Source: Mycoplasmatales bacterium (GTDB taxonomy: Bacteria > Bacillota_I > Bacilli_A > Mycoplasmatales > JABABV01). From it: a DNA stretch of 64,000 bases. The translations under genes were made by a program, and so were the position numbers. Location: NCBI GenBank assembly GCA_014238055.1, contig JABABV010000001.1, forward strand, positions 184,938 to 248,937. The letters are read 5' to 3'. The notes beneath the pieces were generated by a model. The model did not search any database, was not told the DNA's origin, and saw nothing but the letters and a program-made list of their open reading frames with translations. Positions 31,212-42,196 of the stretch are shown piece after piece. Position 1 is the first letter of the stretch. Each line of letters opens with the position of its first letter.

Positions 31212-32219
31212 TCATTCTATAACTGTTTTAAATTCATTTTTAAGATCTTTGGAAAAAGCCTCGGAGACGTCTTTCAAAGATTCGGTAACAATGATTTCAT
31301 CTATTAAGTTTTTACTTAATTCACTGAATTCTTTATTTTTCATTAAATTAATAATAGCTTTGAAATCATCATAACCACTACGAGACCTACCTATAATAGT
31401 AATCCCTTTTTCTAATAAATCACGATATTTAAAATTAAAATCACTATCGCTGATTCCTAAAAGAATAATTGTACCTTCAGGAATCAATAATTTAATAGCT
31501 TCAATTACAATATTGTTTTGCTGACTTCCGCCAACACACTCAAAAACAAAATTATAATTATTATTATCTTTATCAGTTGGTTTAGTATTAAATTTATTTT
31601 CAATATGTTGAAAACGCTTTAACTTAGAATCATGTTTTCCAAATAACGAAATTTCTGCATCAGGTAATAAAAACTTAATAATCAAACTAGTTGAAAAAGC
31701 AATCGGCCCATCACCAATAATAGCAACTTTAGGTTTTTTGATTTTTTGAGCTTTTTCTAAAATAGCATTTATACCATGATGCGCCACTGATAAAGTTTCA
31801 CACATTACTAAACTTTCTCTATCGATATCATTAGCTTTAATTAATCGATTACTATCCATATCAATAAATTCTTGCATAAAACCATCAAATCCAGAACCTC
31901 TAAATTTACCTTGAACATAGTTTTCGGCAAAATCATTACATAAATAATCTGGCGTATTAGGTACCATAATAACTTGATCACCGATTTTAAATTTATTACT
32001 ACTATCAAAAACAACTTCTCCAATTGCTTCATGAATCAAAGCCATTGGTAACTTTTTGTTTAAAATTTCTTGATCTCGATTACCTAAAAAATAACGTTGA
32101 TCAGCTTTACAAATAGCTAATAATTTTGGTCTTACGATCACTTTATCATTTAATTTAATATCTCGATACGTTTCAATAAATTGGAATGGTTCGATTAATT
32201 GATATACTTTATTAATCAT
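31212..32219 (-). CDS. tarJ: Ribulose-5-phosphate reductase (ribitol-5-phosphate 2-dehydrogenase), TarJ
   Basis: MINKVYQLIEPFQFIE...ICKADQRYFLGNRDQEILNKKLPMALIHEAIGEVVFDS...MVPNTP...GFDGFMQEF closely tracks S. aureus TarJ as I remember it. The ATG at 32219 overlaps the tarI stop; two further in-frame ATGs lie upstream (32225, 32231). Confidence 0.8.
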   Translation of the reverse strand: MINKVYQLIEPFQFIETYRDIKLNDKVIVRPKLLAICKADQRYFLGNRDQEILNKKLPMALIHEAIGEVVFDSSNKFKIGDQVIMVPNTPDYLCNDFAENYVQGKFRGSGFDGFMQEFIDMDSNRLIKANDIDRESLVMCETLSVAHHGINAILEKAQKIKKPKVAIIGDGPIAFSTSLIIKFLLPDAEISLFGKHDSKLKRFQHIENKFNTKPTDKDNNNYNFVFECVGGSQQNNIVIEAIKLLIPEGTIILLGISDSDFNFKYRDLLEKGITIIGRSRSGYDDFKAIINLMKNKEFSELSKNLIDEIIVTESLKDVSEAFSKDLKNEFKTVIE

Positions 32220-32925
32220 CCTCATTACCAATTTCTACTATCGCTCGCGCTAATCTTAAATCGTAAGGAGTAGTTATTTTTATATTAGATTTTTTTCCAT
32301 AAATTAAATGAATTTTTTTACCAAAATGAGAAAACAATCCACAAGCATCAGTGAAATTATCGCCTTCTACTTTATTATATAATTTTTTGAATTCAGATGA
32401 ATTAAAACTTTGCGGTGTTACTCCTTGTAACATTTTTTTACGTTCAGGAATACTAGTAATTACTTTACCATCTTCACTAAAAACAATCGTATTGTCAGAA
32501 GTTACGACTGTATCTAATATTTCGTGTTTTGATATTAGATCAACATGTTTTTGAATTGTTTCATAAGATACAAAAGGTCTAACTGAATCATGAGTGATTA
32601 AATTAAAATCTTTTGTTTTTAATAATTTTTCTGAAAAATCAATTGAATTTAAAATTGTTTTATTTCTATTGATTCCTCCTTCACAAACAAAAATAGTTTT
32701 ATCTATTTTACCCGGGAAATTATTTTTTATTTCTTCAATAACATAGTTTTTTCATTTTTTATGACTTGCTATTACAATCGCATCAATATTTTTTACAAAT
32801 AAAAATCTTGAAACAGTATGAATGAAAATATCTTTATTGGCTATTTTTAAAAATTGTTTAGGTTTATCGATGTTTCCCATTCTATTTCCGACACCACCTG
32901 CTAATATGACAGCTATATTTTTCAT
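32212..32925 (-). CDS. tarI: D-ribitol-5-phosphate cytidylyltransferase (IspD/TarI family)
   Basis: AAGGAG before ATG 32925. MKNIAVILAGGVGNRMG...KPKQFL, THDSVRPF. Translationally coupled to tarJ. Confidence 0.8.
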
Positions 32926-32942
32926 AGTAAACTCCTTTTTAA

Positions 32943-34949
32943 TTAAATTAATTTTTCGACATATATATCTTTAATTTTCATGATTGGTTTTAACAAATTA
33001 GTTTGAGTGCTATAACTATTAAATTTCATTATTAATGTTATATTCCAACTTTTTAATTTATTCACTTCGTCTAAATCAAGATTATTATTTTTCATATCTT
33101 TAATAATTGGTTGCGCTTTTTTTCATGATCCGAATTTATTATTATTAGTTCATCACGCAGAATAAGAATTTAAAAAATAACCTTTATTTACAAAATTCTG
33201 CATTAAAAATAATTCTCTATCTGCAAGTAAAATCATATCATTATTAGTTACATAATTGTTTAATGAATTAAAATCTCGATTAAAATAAGTTTTTCCAGAA
33301 TTATTTGTGTTATTAATTAAAACCCCTTCACCTAAATTATATTTTATCGATGCGCATTTTGCATAAATTGATATTGAACTAGCTGAAAAAATTACCAAAG
33401 GAACGAAAGCAAGCGTTCCGTAATTAATTTTTTTATTAATTTGAATAAATTTAACATCTTTAAGACTCATCATAATTATAAAAATAGCGAAAAAATTACT
33501 AGATATAATATATATTCTATAAGAAGAATCAGATAATATTTGATAAAATATAATTCAAAAACAAGGATTATAAACAGTAAAAACTAATCAAGTATAATAA
33601 TGAAATTTTTTAGTTTTGATAGTTTGATATATTACTAACGTTCATAAAACTACAAATAAGATAGCTAAATCTATATTAAATAAACCTGCTTTTCCGTTTA
33701 GATATAAACTTAAATTTGATCAAGCTAATTTATCAATTAGAGTTTCAATTTTATAATTAGGGTATTTCTCATTAAAAATATTTCAATGATTATTAATTAC
33801 CATAAAAACTAAAGACATCAAAGATATTGATAAAATAGTTATAATTATTTGTTTGTTTGTGACTTTATTAATTATTTTATTTAAAAAATCCACTATTTTA
33901 GTTTTATATATTAGAATAATCATAATCGTTAATATTGATATTTCAACTAAAGTCATTATTATATTTGGAGTTGAAAACTTTATCATAGTCATAAATATAA
34001 ATAAAAAAACAATAATAGATAATAGTTCTTTGTTAATTTTTTTATTATAAACAACAATTAATATAACAAATAATAATTCAGGAAATATAACATAAGAAGA
34101 AACCACAGAATTAGCAATAGCAAATATGAGTAAATATAAATTACTAATTTTAGAATCTATTTTGTAAATAAAAATAATAAAAAATAATAATAAACTACCT
34201 AATGCAAAAGATAAATCTGTTCCTCTAACGCTTCATTTTAAAAAATAATTTTGCATAAAAGTTAAAACTATAGCTAAAAATATAAATATTAATATATTTC
34301 AATTTCATCTACTACTACCATAAATATAAATTAAATATATTAATATCATAGAAAATGTAAATATTAATATTGAGTTCATCATTAAAGTAGAATAGATTAA
34401 ACTTCCAGAAGCCATTTTGAAGACACTGATTATTAAATAATAACTTTCATTTAAATAATAAGAACTGACATCGTGATTATTTCACGAAAAACTCGTATTA
34501 ATATTAATGTGCTTAAATCAAGAATTAGATTTAACTAAATCTAAATAATAACGATTATCAAAATTAAAATTTTTAACTGGTTGAAAATTAAAAATAATTA
34601 AAATCAATAAAAATAAACTTCATATGATTAAATCTACTTTTACGTTATTTCAATTAAGAATTATTTTTTTATTAATTATTTTTATAATAAATAAAAACCA
34701 AGTAATAAAAATAAATAATGCCAAAATGATGAATCAAACAATAAAATCTAAAACGAATATAAATGGTAATAGATTAGCGATGAAAGATAAAAATAATAAA
34801 GTGATGAAAGCGGCGCAAAATCTGATTATTGATTTAGTAAACCTACTATCTTCTCCGTCTTTAGAAATCTTTATAATATTTATAGGAATTAAATAAAATA
34901 ATGGAATTTCTACTAATAATAATATTAAAAATATAATTATCGGTGTCAT
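32943..34949 (-). CDS. Large polytopic membrane protein (668 aa), candidate polymerase / GT-C-type transferase / ligase
   Basis: Three track fragments share one frame. More than 12 hydrophobic helices, then a roughly 150-aa hydrophilic C-terminal domain. The ATG overlaps the HAD stop (TAATG). No family motif recognised by eye. Confidence 0.6.
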
Positions 34950-35785
34950 TAATTATCATCTTCTTTTAATAAATTCTTATTAATTCAACTAGCAACCCCA
35001 TTATCTTTATGTCCAAGTGTGCTTTCTGAAGCAATTACTTTTAAAGTTTCACTAGCGTTTTTCATACTCACCGATACTCCCACTACATTAAACATGCTTT
35101 CATCATTCATAGAATCACCAATTGCAGCAGTTTGATCTAATTTAATATTTAATTTATCACAAAGAAATTTAACTCCATTACCTTTAGAAGTTTTTTTTCC
35201 AGTGATTTCAATAACTCAACCATTTCCAGATGTAGCAATTTCTAAATGCGGAAATTTAGCATCTAACTCTTTTTTCAATAGTTTAACAATTTTACGTTTA
35301 CGACCAGTAAACATAATTTTAAAATATGATTGGTCTTTAATTTTATCTAAAAAATATTCTTTATGTAAAATAGCATCCATTTTTGATCACTTAACATAAA
35401 GTTTAGTTAATAAATTAGTGCCATAAAACTCAAATGGTTCATCTACTTTAATAGAAAAATTATGATTAACAGCATATTTAATAATTTCATTAACATCTTT
35501 TTTCTCTATTTTTTTATTATAAAGACTTTTCTTTTTAGAGATATCTTCTATATGCGCACCATTAAAAGAAACGAAATAATTTCCAAAATTATTAACTCTT
35601 ATTTTTTCTTGAATCTTTCGACAACTATTAGTTCCTCTACCACTATTTACAATAACATAAATACCTTGTTCTTGCGCCGCTTTACAAGCTGCTAAATTTT
35701 CTGGACTAATATAATGTCTTTGATGACGTTTTCCGTTAACTAAAGTTCCATCTAAATCTAAAAAAATCGCTTTTATTTGATGCAT
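34949..35785 (-). CDS. HAD-IIB (Cof-type) phosphatase
   Basis: IKAIFLDLDGTL (DxD nucleophile), SGR, GDSMND motifs. Confidence 0.8.
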
Positions 35786-35787
35786 AA

Positions 35788-36783
35788 TTATTTTTCTCCA
35801 ATACTATTTTTATTTTGTTTTGGACTTACTTGTTTACATACTATCTTTATCAATCTTTTTCTTGGAACTAAAAACGTTATAAGACTAATAAATCATGGTT
35901 TACAACTCATAATTAAAAAACGATTCTTAAAAACTTTATTAATTATTTTTTTATTATATTTTGATTTAATGTATTGCTTTAATGTTTTATAACTATCATT
36001 TCTTAATTTACGATCACTAATTAATTTAATATCGATTAATTTAGGACACACAAATCTAAATAATAATATTTGAAATTGTTCTTCAGTAGTGATGTTTTCC
36101 AAAAATTTATTTACAGTAATAGCTTCTAATTGTTGGCCTTTAAAAGTTCTACTGACACTACCTTCGTTTATATTCGTTAAAATAAAAGGTTCATCTATAT
36201 ATAATATTTTAATATTATCTTGACAAATCTGCGTCAAAATCGCAACATCTTCATCATAACTAACATTTAAATCAGCTGTTATTTTTTTTGATAACGCTTT
36301 TTTAAAAATACAATTAACCATTGATAATGAATTTTTAAGTAAAAAGTTATAATCGATTTCAAAACTATTTTTGCTTGATTTATTTTTTATTTTTTTGTTA
36401 CCAGAAAAAGAAAAGCTTCCCATGTCGTAATCGTTATCTATAATCAAACTTAAATTATTTGCTAAATTTTTAAAATAATAAGAATCATCAATATCTAAAA
36501 AACAAATATATTTTCCAGATGCTTGATTTATCCCAAAAAGACGAATATGATAAAGATCATTATTTAATATTTCTACTGCTTTTATTTTTGATAATATTTT
36601 ATTATCTTCAATAATTTCAATTGGAAATTTATAATCTTTATTTTTAACTAATAAAATTTCATATTCAAAATTAGAAAAATTTTTAGCTATTTCTAATATT
36701 AAATTTTTAATATTATCTTCAAATTTTACTTTATGATAAGGTAATACAAAACTAATAATTTGTTGTTTGTTGTTTGTATTCAT
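35788..36783 (-). CDS. GT2-family glycosyltransferase (331 aa)
   Basis: ISFVLPYHK... N-terminus and GKYICFLDIDD (DxD). The track stop at 35893 is a TGA; the true TAA is at 35790-35788, 2 nt before the HAD ATG. Confidence 0.75.
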
Positions 36784-36870
36784 AATACCTGCTTTCGTCT
36801 ATAAAAATATAAAACAATTTTATATATATAATACCATAATTAATAAATTAAACCAATTTTTACAAAATAA

Positions 36871-36890
36871 AAAGCAGAATATTCTGCTTT
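36871..36890 (-). terminator. Intrinsic terminator after trxA
   Basis: Perfect palindrome AAAGCAGAAT/ATTCTGCTTT followed on the minus strand by a T-rich run. Confidence 0.65.
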
Positions 36891-36901
36891 TATATTTATA
36901 G

Positions 36902-37213
36902 TTATTTATGATTATTAATTATATCTCTAATTGCTGGTTCTGGTCTAAATCCTGAAAAACGTTCAACTTCTTTTCCGTTTTTTAAGATAACCATAGTAGG
37001 CACAGATTTAATATCATATTCTTGTGCATATTCTTGGTCTTGATCAACATCGATTTTAATTATTTTAGCTCCTAAATTTGTATCAGTTGCTAATTTATCT
37101 AAAATTGGTGCAATCATTTTACAAGGTCCACATCAAGTTGCAAAGAAATCCACTAACACTAATTCTGTATCGTTAATAATTTCTAAAGCTTCTTTTTTAC
37201 TAATTGCTTTCAT
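36902..37213 (-). CDS. trxA: Thioredoxin
   Basis: MKAISKKEALEII...VDFFATWCGPCKMIAP. The active-site Trp is encoded by TGA. Confidence 0.9.
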
Positions 37214-37258
37214 ATTTCCCCCTAAGTATTTAAAATTTATAAATATATTTTAACATGT

Positions 37259-38155
37259 TTACTTTTTAAAAGATAAATTTTGCTTTAATTCTTTTTTAAG
37301 TTTTAACATTTCGTTTTTATCATTAAAATAATCGAGATAAGATTTATCGTTCTTAAATAAAACAAAATGTTGGTTTTGATAAACTTTATTTTTTGGTATA
37401 TCCATTACGTCATCGCCATATTTATTAATTAAAAAATCGATACTATTTTTTAAAATTGGAAATTTTTGTTTTTCAAAAGTTTGTAAAATTATTTTTGATT
37501 CAATAATTTTTTTAGAAAAACTAACTTTTGGAAATTCTAGCGGATCAACTAGACATCCATAACGATAATTATCTTGTAATTTATTTCATTTAGAAAATCT
37601 ATGGTCCATTAATTTAGCAAATCATTTATTTGGCATTAAATTAAGAAATAATTTTAAACTAAAATATCCTGGTGCTATTAATAACTTTAATCAAAAATTA
37701 AAATTATGGAAACTCAATCGTTTAAAACGAACATATAATAATATATTTCAAAAACTATATAATTTTAAAAGTAATTTTCTTTTTTTGGTAGGGAACTTAT
37801 CGATTGGAAAAATATCGATAAACAAACCATGAGCTCACTTAGCTTTTTCACTTCAAGTTTCAATTACAGTCGTACTATTATCTTCTCATTTCATAAAGAA
37901 ATTGTCGTTTCCAGACATAAAAGCTTTTTTAATACAAAATGGTTTAGGTACGTCTTTAATCAATAGCTCTAATTTACGATAATTATCTCTATCCATACAA
38001 ATATCAATATCATCATCTCAAGGAACGAATCCTTGATGACGTAACGCTCCGATTAAACTACCATAACCTAAAAAATATTTAATATTATTTTCATTGCAAA
38101 ATTTATCAAATGCAATTAAATTTTTCTTTAATTCTTCATGTAATAATTTAATCAT
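37259..38155 (-). CDS. LicD-family phosphotransferase, paralogue 1 (298 aa)
   Basis: [28 protein letters not shown] is the LicD signature ([20 protein letters not shown]). Confidence 0.8.
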
Positions 38156-38166
38156 AAATCAATTCC

Positions 38167-39024
38167 TTATTTAGATAAAGTTATGCTTTCGCCGTTTTTC
38201 ATTTGGCAAATATAATTTTTTCCGATTGATTTAATTTCATCAAATTCTTCCGGAGCTAGTCCTGTTTTTTTAACAGCATAAATTAATGCTTTTGTTTCAG
38301 CATCTTGATTATATTTTTTATATTTCGGATCTAAACGTTTTAAATCATCTAAATTATCAACATCAAAAATAGAATTCTTTTTAACTAAATGACAATATAT
38401 TTTTATTTTTGGTTTTTCGCTTTTTAAATCATTGATAATGATATCTTCAAAATATCAATCGTTCATATCGATGCTTTTACGATATTTTTTTAATGATTTT
38501 CTAATTTTTTTATAAGTATCTTGACCAATAAAAGTAACTTCTCTTTGAGCGATTATATTAACGCCTCCAGATTTTTTAATTTTAGTAATCTGTTGTGTTT
38601 TTTGATTAACAGTTAGAGTTCATTCATTTGAAACACCATTAATTTTTTCACCATACATTAAAGTGTGTGGAAACTCTTGTTCAAAAATATTTTCTTTAAG
38701 AATAGTATCCCCGTTAACAATTAAAGCGTTTTTTAATTTATTTTTAGCGAAATATAACGTTCCAATATTATTGCAATGTCTTCAATTAAAATTATATTTT
38801 ATTTTTACTTTAAATTTTGATTTTAAATATTTAAATTTTTTATGTTTATAACCCGTTAAAATAGTTATTTTTTTAATGCCTTTTTCTTTAAGTTTTTTAA
38901 TAATATCTTCAATAATGATCGTTCCGTTTATATCTATTAATGGTTTTGCAGTTTCTTTTGTAACTGGTAGTAAACGCATACCTCGTCCAGCAGCTAATAT
39001 TAATGCTCTTTTAACTTTATACAT
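38167..39024 (-). CDS. LicC-like nucleotidyl (cytidylyl) transferase for a phospho-alcohol (285 aa)
   Basis: GGAG before ATG 39024. KRALILAAGRGMRLLPVTKETAKPLIDING, the sugar/phospho-alcohol nucleotidyltransferase N-terminus. The longer METIKNY... start in the track overlaps LicD2 and has no SD. Confidence 0.7.
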
Positions 39025-39028
39025 ATTA

Positions 39029-39805
39029 TTATGATTTCTCCTTCTTATTTTTAAAAAAATGATGTCCTCTACGATTTTTAAATGACGGTAATTCTTTATA
39101 GTCTCCAAAATAATTAATTAATATTTCATCATATTTATTATAAACGTAATATTCTCTATCTTCAAATTTTACTAGTTTAACTTTTGAAAATCATTCTCTG
39201 TCGAACATTTTAGATTGATGTTTTTTGAAAGCATAAGGATCAGAAGGGAAATAAAAATGAGTATAATTATCTTCTTTTTTAGATATTATATTTTCAATAT
39301 TATTAGCAATTTTCTTATAGAACATATTGCTAATAAATTTAAATTTATGATCACTTAAATTTCAGTAAAAAGCCATTTTTCTAAAATTTTTATTAACTTT
39401 TTTTAAACTTAAAGGTGCTGGTGAAATAACAAATATATCAACAAATATTGAAGTTTTAAAATTAAAATCATTTGTTTTTAAAAATATTTTATTAATTGCT
39501 TTATTCCATATTTTATTTTTATAATCAAAAATCAATAACTCTTTATTATATTCTTGATTAATAATATTTTTAAACTTTAAATAATTTTCCATCGTCATCA
39601 CAATATCTAAGTCATCATCTCAAGGAATAAACCCTTTATGACGAACTGCACCTAACATAGTTCCTCAAAATAATGAATATTCAATATTATGTTTAATACA
39701 AATATTATGAATTTTATCTGTAATGTTAAGTAATTTTTTTTGAACATTAATTAATTGATCAATTTCTTGACCATTCATATTAATATCTATATTTTTATAC
39801 AACAT
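39029..39805 (-). CDS. LicD-family phosphotransferase, paralogue 2 (258 aa)
   Basis: [28 protein letters not shown]. Confidence 0.8.
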
Positions 39806-39838
39806 TTAAAATTACCTCAAAATTCTATAATCGTGATT

Positions 39839-40720
39839 TTAATAATTATGTGTTCTTTTTCTTTCTTGTAAAGGTGGCAAAGTTTTGTAATCATAGTCTT
39901 CTATTTTGCATTTCCCTTTAGAATAAGCATGCTTTATTACTCAATCATAATCTTTCATAATTAATAATTTATAATTTTCAAATTTAATATCAATAACATC
40001 ATTAAACATTGATTTTTTAATTGTATTTAATTCATAATTAAATTTTAATTTATATGCAAACGGTGATGTTGGCATATAATACCTATCACTTTTGTATTTT
40101 TTATAAATGACTTTATTAACACTTCTAATAACGAACTTTATAGGCACCAAAAAGATAAATGGTTTTAAAAATCAAAATAACATTTTTTTCTTAAAACTGC
40201 CAATTTGTTTATTTACATTAGGAATCAATTTTAAAGATATAGTTCATAAAATTTTTGTTTTTAAAATATTATATCGAGCTTTAAAATTACTTTTAGGCGC
40301 TGTAACTACTACAACTATATCTACTGATGCATTAGTTTCTAGAGCGCAATTAGGATAATCATTATTTTTAAACCCTTTTTTTGAAAACTCTATTTTAACT
40401 AATGATCTAGCAAAAGTTTTACTATTTCAATCAAATATTTTTATTCTATTATCGTTTTTTAATTCTATTATTTTTTTTAATTTTAAATAATTTTCTAAAG
40501 TCATGGCAATATCCATATCGTCATCTCAAGGAATGAATCCTTGATGTCTAGCGGCACCAATCATACTACCTCAAATTAATGAATATTTAATATTATTTTC
40601 AATCATAATATCGTGTAGCATTTTAATAAATTCTAAAAAATTATTTTGTAATTTACTAAGTTCTTTAATTTCTGATTTAGAAATATTTACTTCTACACCT
40701 TTATATATATTACTTAACAT
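39839..40720 (-). CDS. LicD-family phosphotransferase, paralogue 3 (293 aa)
   Basis: [28 protein letters not shown]. The ATG lies 11 nt inside the end of the upstream PLP-enzyme gene. Confidence 0.8.
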
Positions 40721-41825
40721 TTTTCTCAGATTCTTTATTTAAAAAAGCTTTTATCCCAGAAATTAATATTTGATTTTGTTTGTGATTACCAATAGTTAAC
40801 CTTAAACCAATAGTTCTAACATTTCTAATACAAATAGAATAATTTACTAATAAGAACATTCTTAATTCATGATTTTCTCATTTTTCTTCTTTTGTTATTA
40901 AAAATATATAGTTACCTTGACTCTTAATAAAATTAAGATTTAATTTTGCAAATTCATTATATAAATATTCTTTTTCTGATATTGCTTTAGCTTTCATATC
41001 ACTATATCATTGACGATCATTTATAGCTGCGGTAGCGGCGTAAATTGCATATTTATTAGTAGATAATGGTTGGTATGTTTTTTTCATTGCATCTATTAAA
41101 TATTTTGAAGATAAAGCGTAACCTATACGAAATCCACTTAAACCGAAAAATTTTGAAAAAGTATGTAATATTAAAATATTATCATGCGTTTTTATTAGTT
41201 CGCTAGTTTTGTAAGGGAAATCGTTAGCATTAGCAAATTCGCAATATGCTTCATCAATAACTAATAAGATGTTTTTGGGAACTTTTTCAACAAAATCATA
41301 TAATTCTTTTTGATTTATATAAGTTCCTGTTGGCATATTTGGATTTGTTATATAAATAATTTTTGTATTACTATTAATAGCATTTAAAATACTATTTAAA
41401 TCATAATTATAATCTTCTAACTGTTTAATAATATTCACTTTATTTCCAGTAATTTTTGCAGTATTAGCATGTCTTCCATAAGTTAAATCAGTAACGATGA
41501 CTTCATCTTTTTCATCTAAAAAAACTCTTGGGATCAAATCTATTATTGCATCACTACCATTAGCAATCATGATATTATCATTATTAACATTTCAATATTT
41601 TGAAATTGAATCTAAAAGTTTTTTAGGTTTCATATCTGGATATATAAACCCCTTAATATCATTTTTAACTTTAATTCATTCATTAACTTTTGGAGAACAG
41701 CCAAATAAATTTTCATTATAATTCATTTTAATAATTCTTTTTATATTATGTTTTTTTTCTAATTCATTCATTGAAGGTATGTTGTGATCTGTTAAATTAA
41801 TAATTTCTTTTTTAATTTTTATCAT
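40710..41825 (-). CDS. Class I/II PLP-dependent enzyme, HisC / CobD (aminotransferase or phospho-amino-acid decarboxylase) family (371 aa)
   Basis: MNYNENLFGCSP (HisC/CobD N-terminal motif), ITNPNMPTG, and HTFSKFFGLSGFRIGYA with the PLP lysine. First gene of the LicD operon. Confidence 0.75.
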
Positions 41826-41930
41826 GTTGTTCCTTTCAAACTAAAATATAGCTTTATATTAAATAATAAATAACTAATTTTAATTATATCATAACTAAAT
41901 ATATAGATAAAATAATTAGCAAAATAAAAA

Positions 41931-41958
41931 AAAGCAATTTCTAAAAAGAAATTGCTTT
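41931..41958 (-). terminator. Second of two tandem terminators after the tRNA operon
   Basis: AAAGCAATTTCT / AGAAATTGCTTT, then a T-run on the minus strand. Confidence 0.6.
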
Positions 41959-41982
41959 CATGTACTCACTGCCATTAAAAAA

Positions 41983-42001
41983 AACACCGATAATAGGTGT
42001 T
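41983..42001 (-). terminator. First terminator after tRNA-Leu
   Basis: AACACC / GGTGTT hairpin followed on the minus strand by T8. Confidence 0.5.
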
Positions 42002-42028
42002 GGCCATTAAGGCTTTAAGTTAATGATT

Positions 42029-42113
42029 TGGTGCGCGAGAAGGGAATCGAACCCCCACGTCGTAAGACACTAGATCCTAAGTCTAGCGCGTCTGCCAGTT
42101 CCGCCACTCGCGC
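42029..42113 (-). tRNA. tRNA-Leu (UAG)
   Basis: Reverse complement GCGCGAG...CTCGCGC-A-CCA, anticodon loop CTTAGGA, long variable arm. Confidence 0.9.
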
Positions 42114-42116
42114 ATA

Positions 42117-42192
42117 TGGTGATCCCGAGAGGATTCGAACCTCCGACACCCTGATTAAAAGTCAGATGCTCTACCGGCTGAGCTACGGGACC
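42117..42192 (-). tRNA. tRNA-Lys (UUU)
   Basis: Reverse complement GGTCCCG...CGGGATC-A-CCA, anticodon loop CTTTTAA. Confidence 0.9.
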
Positions 42193-42196
42193 AATA

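Noticed and set aside
33853-35992. Plus-strand ORFs 33853-34050, 34624-34896, 35202-35399, 35462-35695 and 35777-35992
   Set aside because: These are low-complexity Ile/Phe/Leu/Asn translations antisense to the membrane-protein, HAD and GT2 genes, as expected by chance in extremely AT-rich DNA lacking TAA or TAG in that frame.
38782-39108. Long N-terminal extension (METIKNYRHL...) of the LicC-like ORF
   Set aside because: It overlaps the 3' end of LicD2 in another frame and has no SD. The internal ATG at 39024 follows GGAG and gives the canonical nucleotidyltransferase N-terminus.
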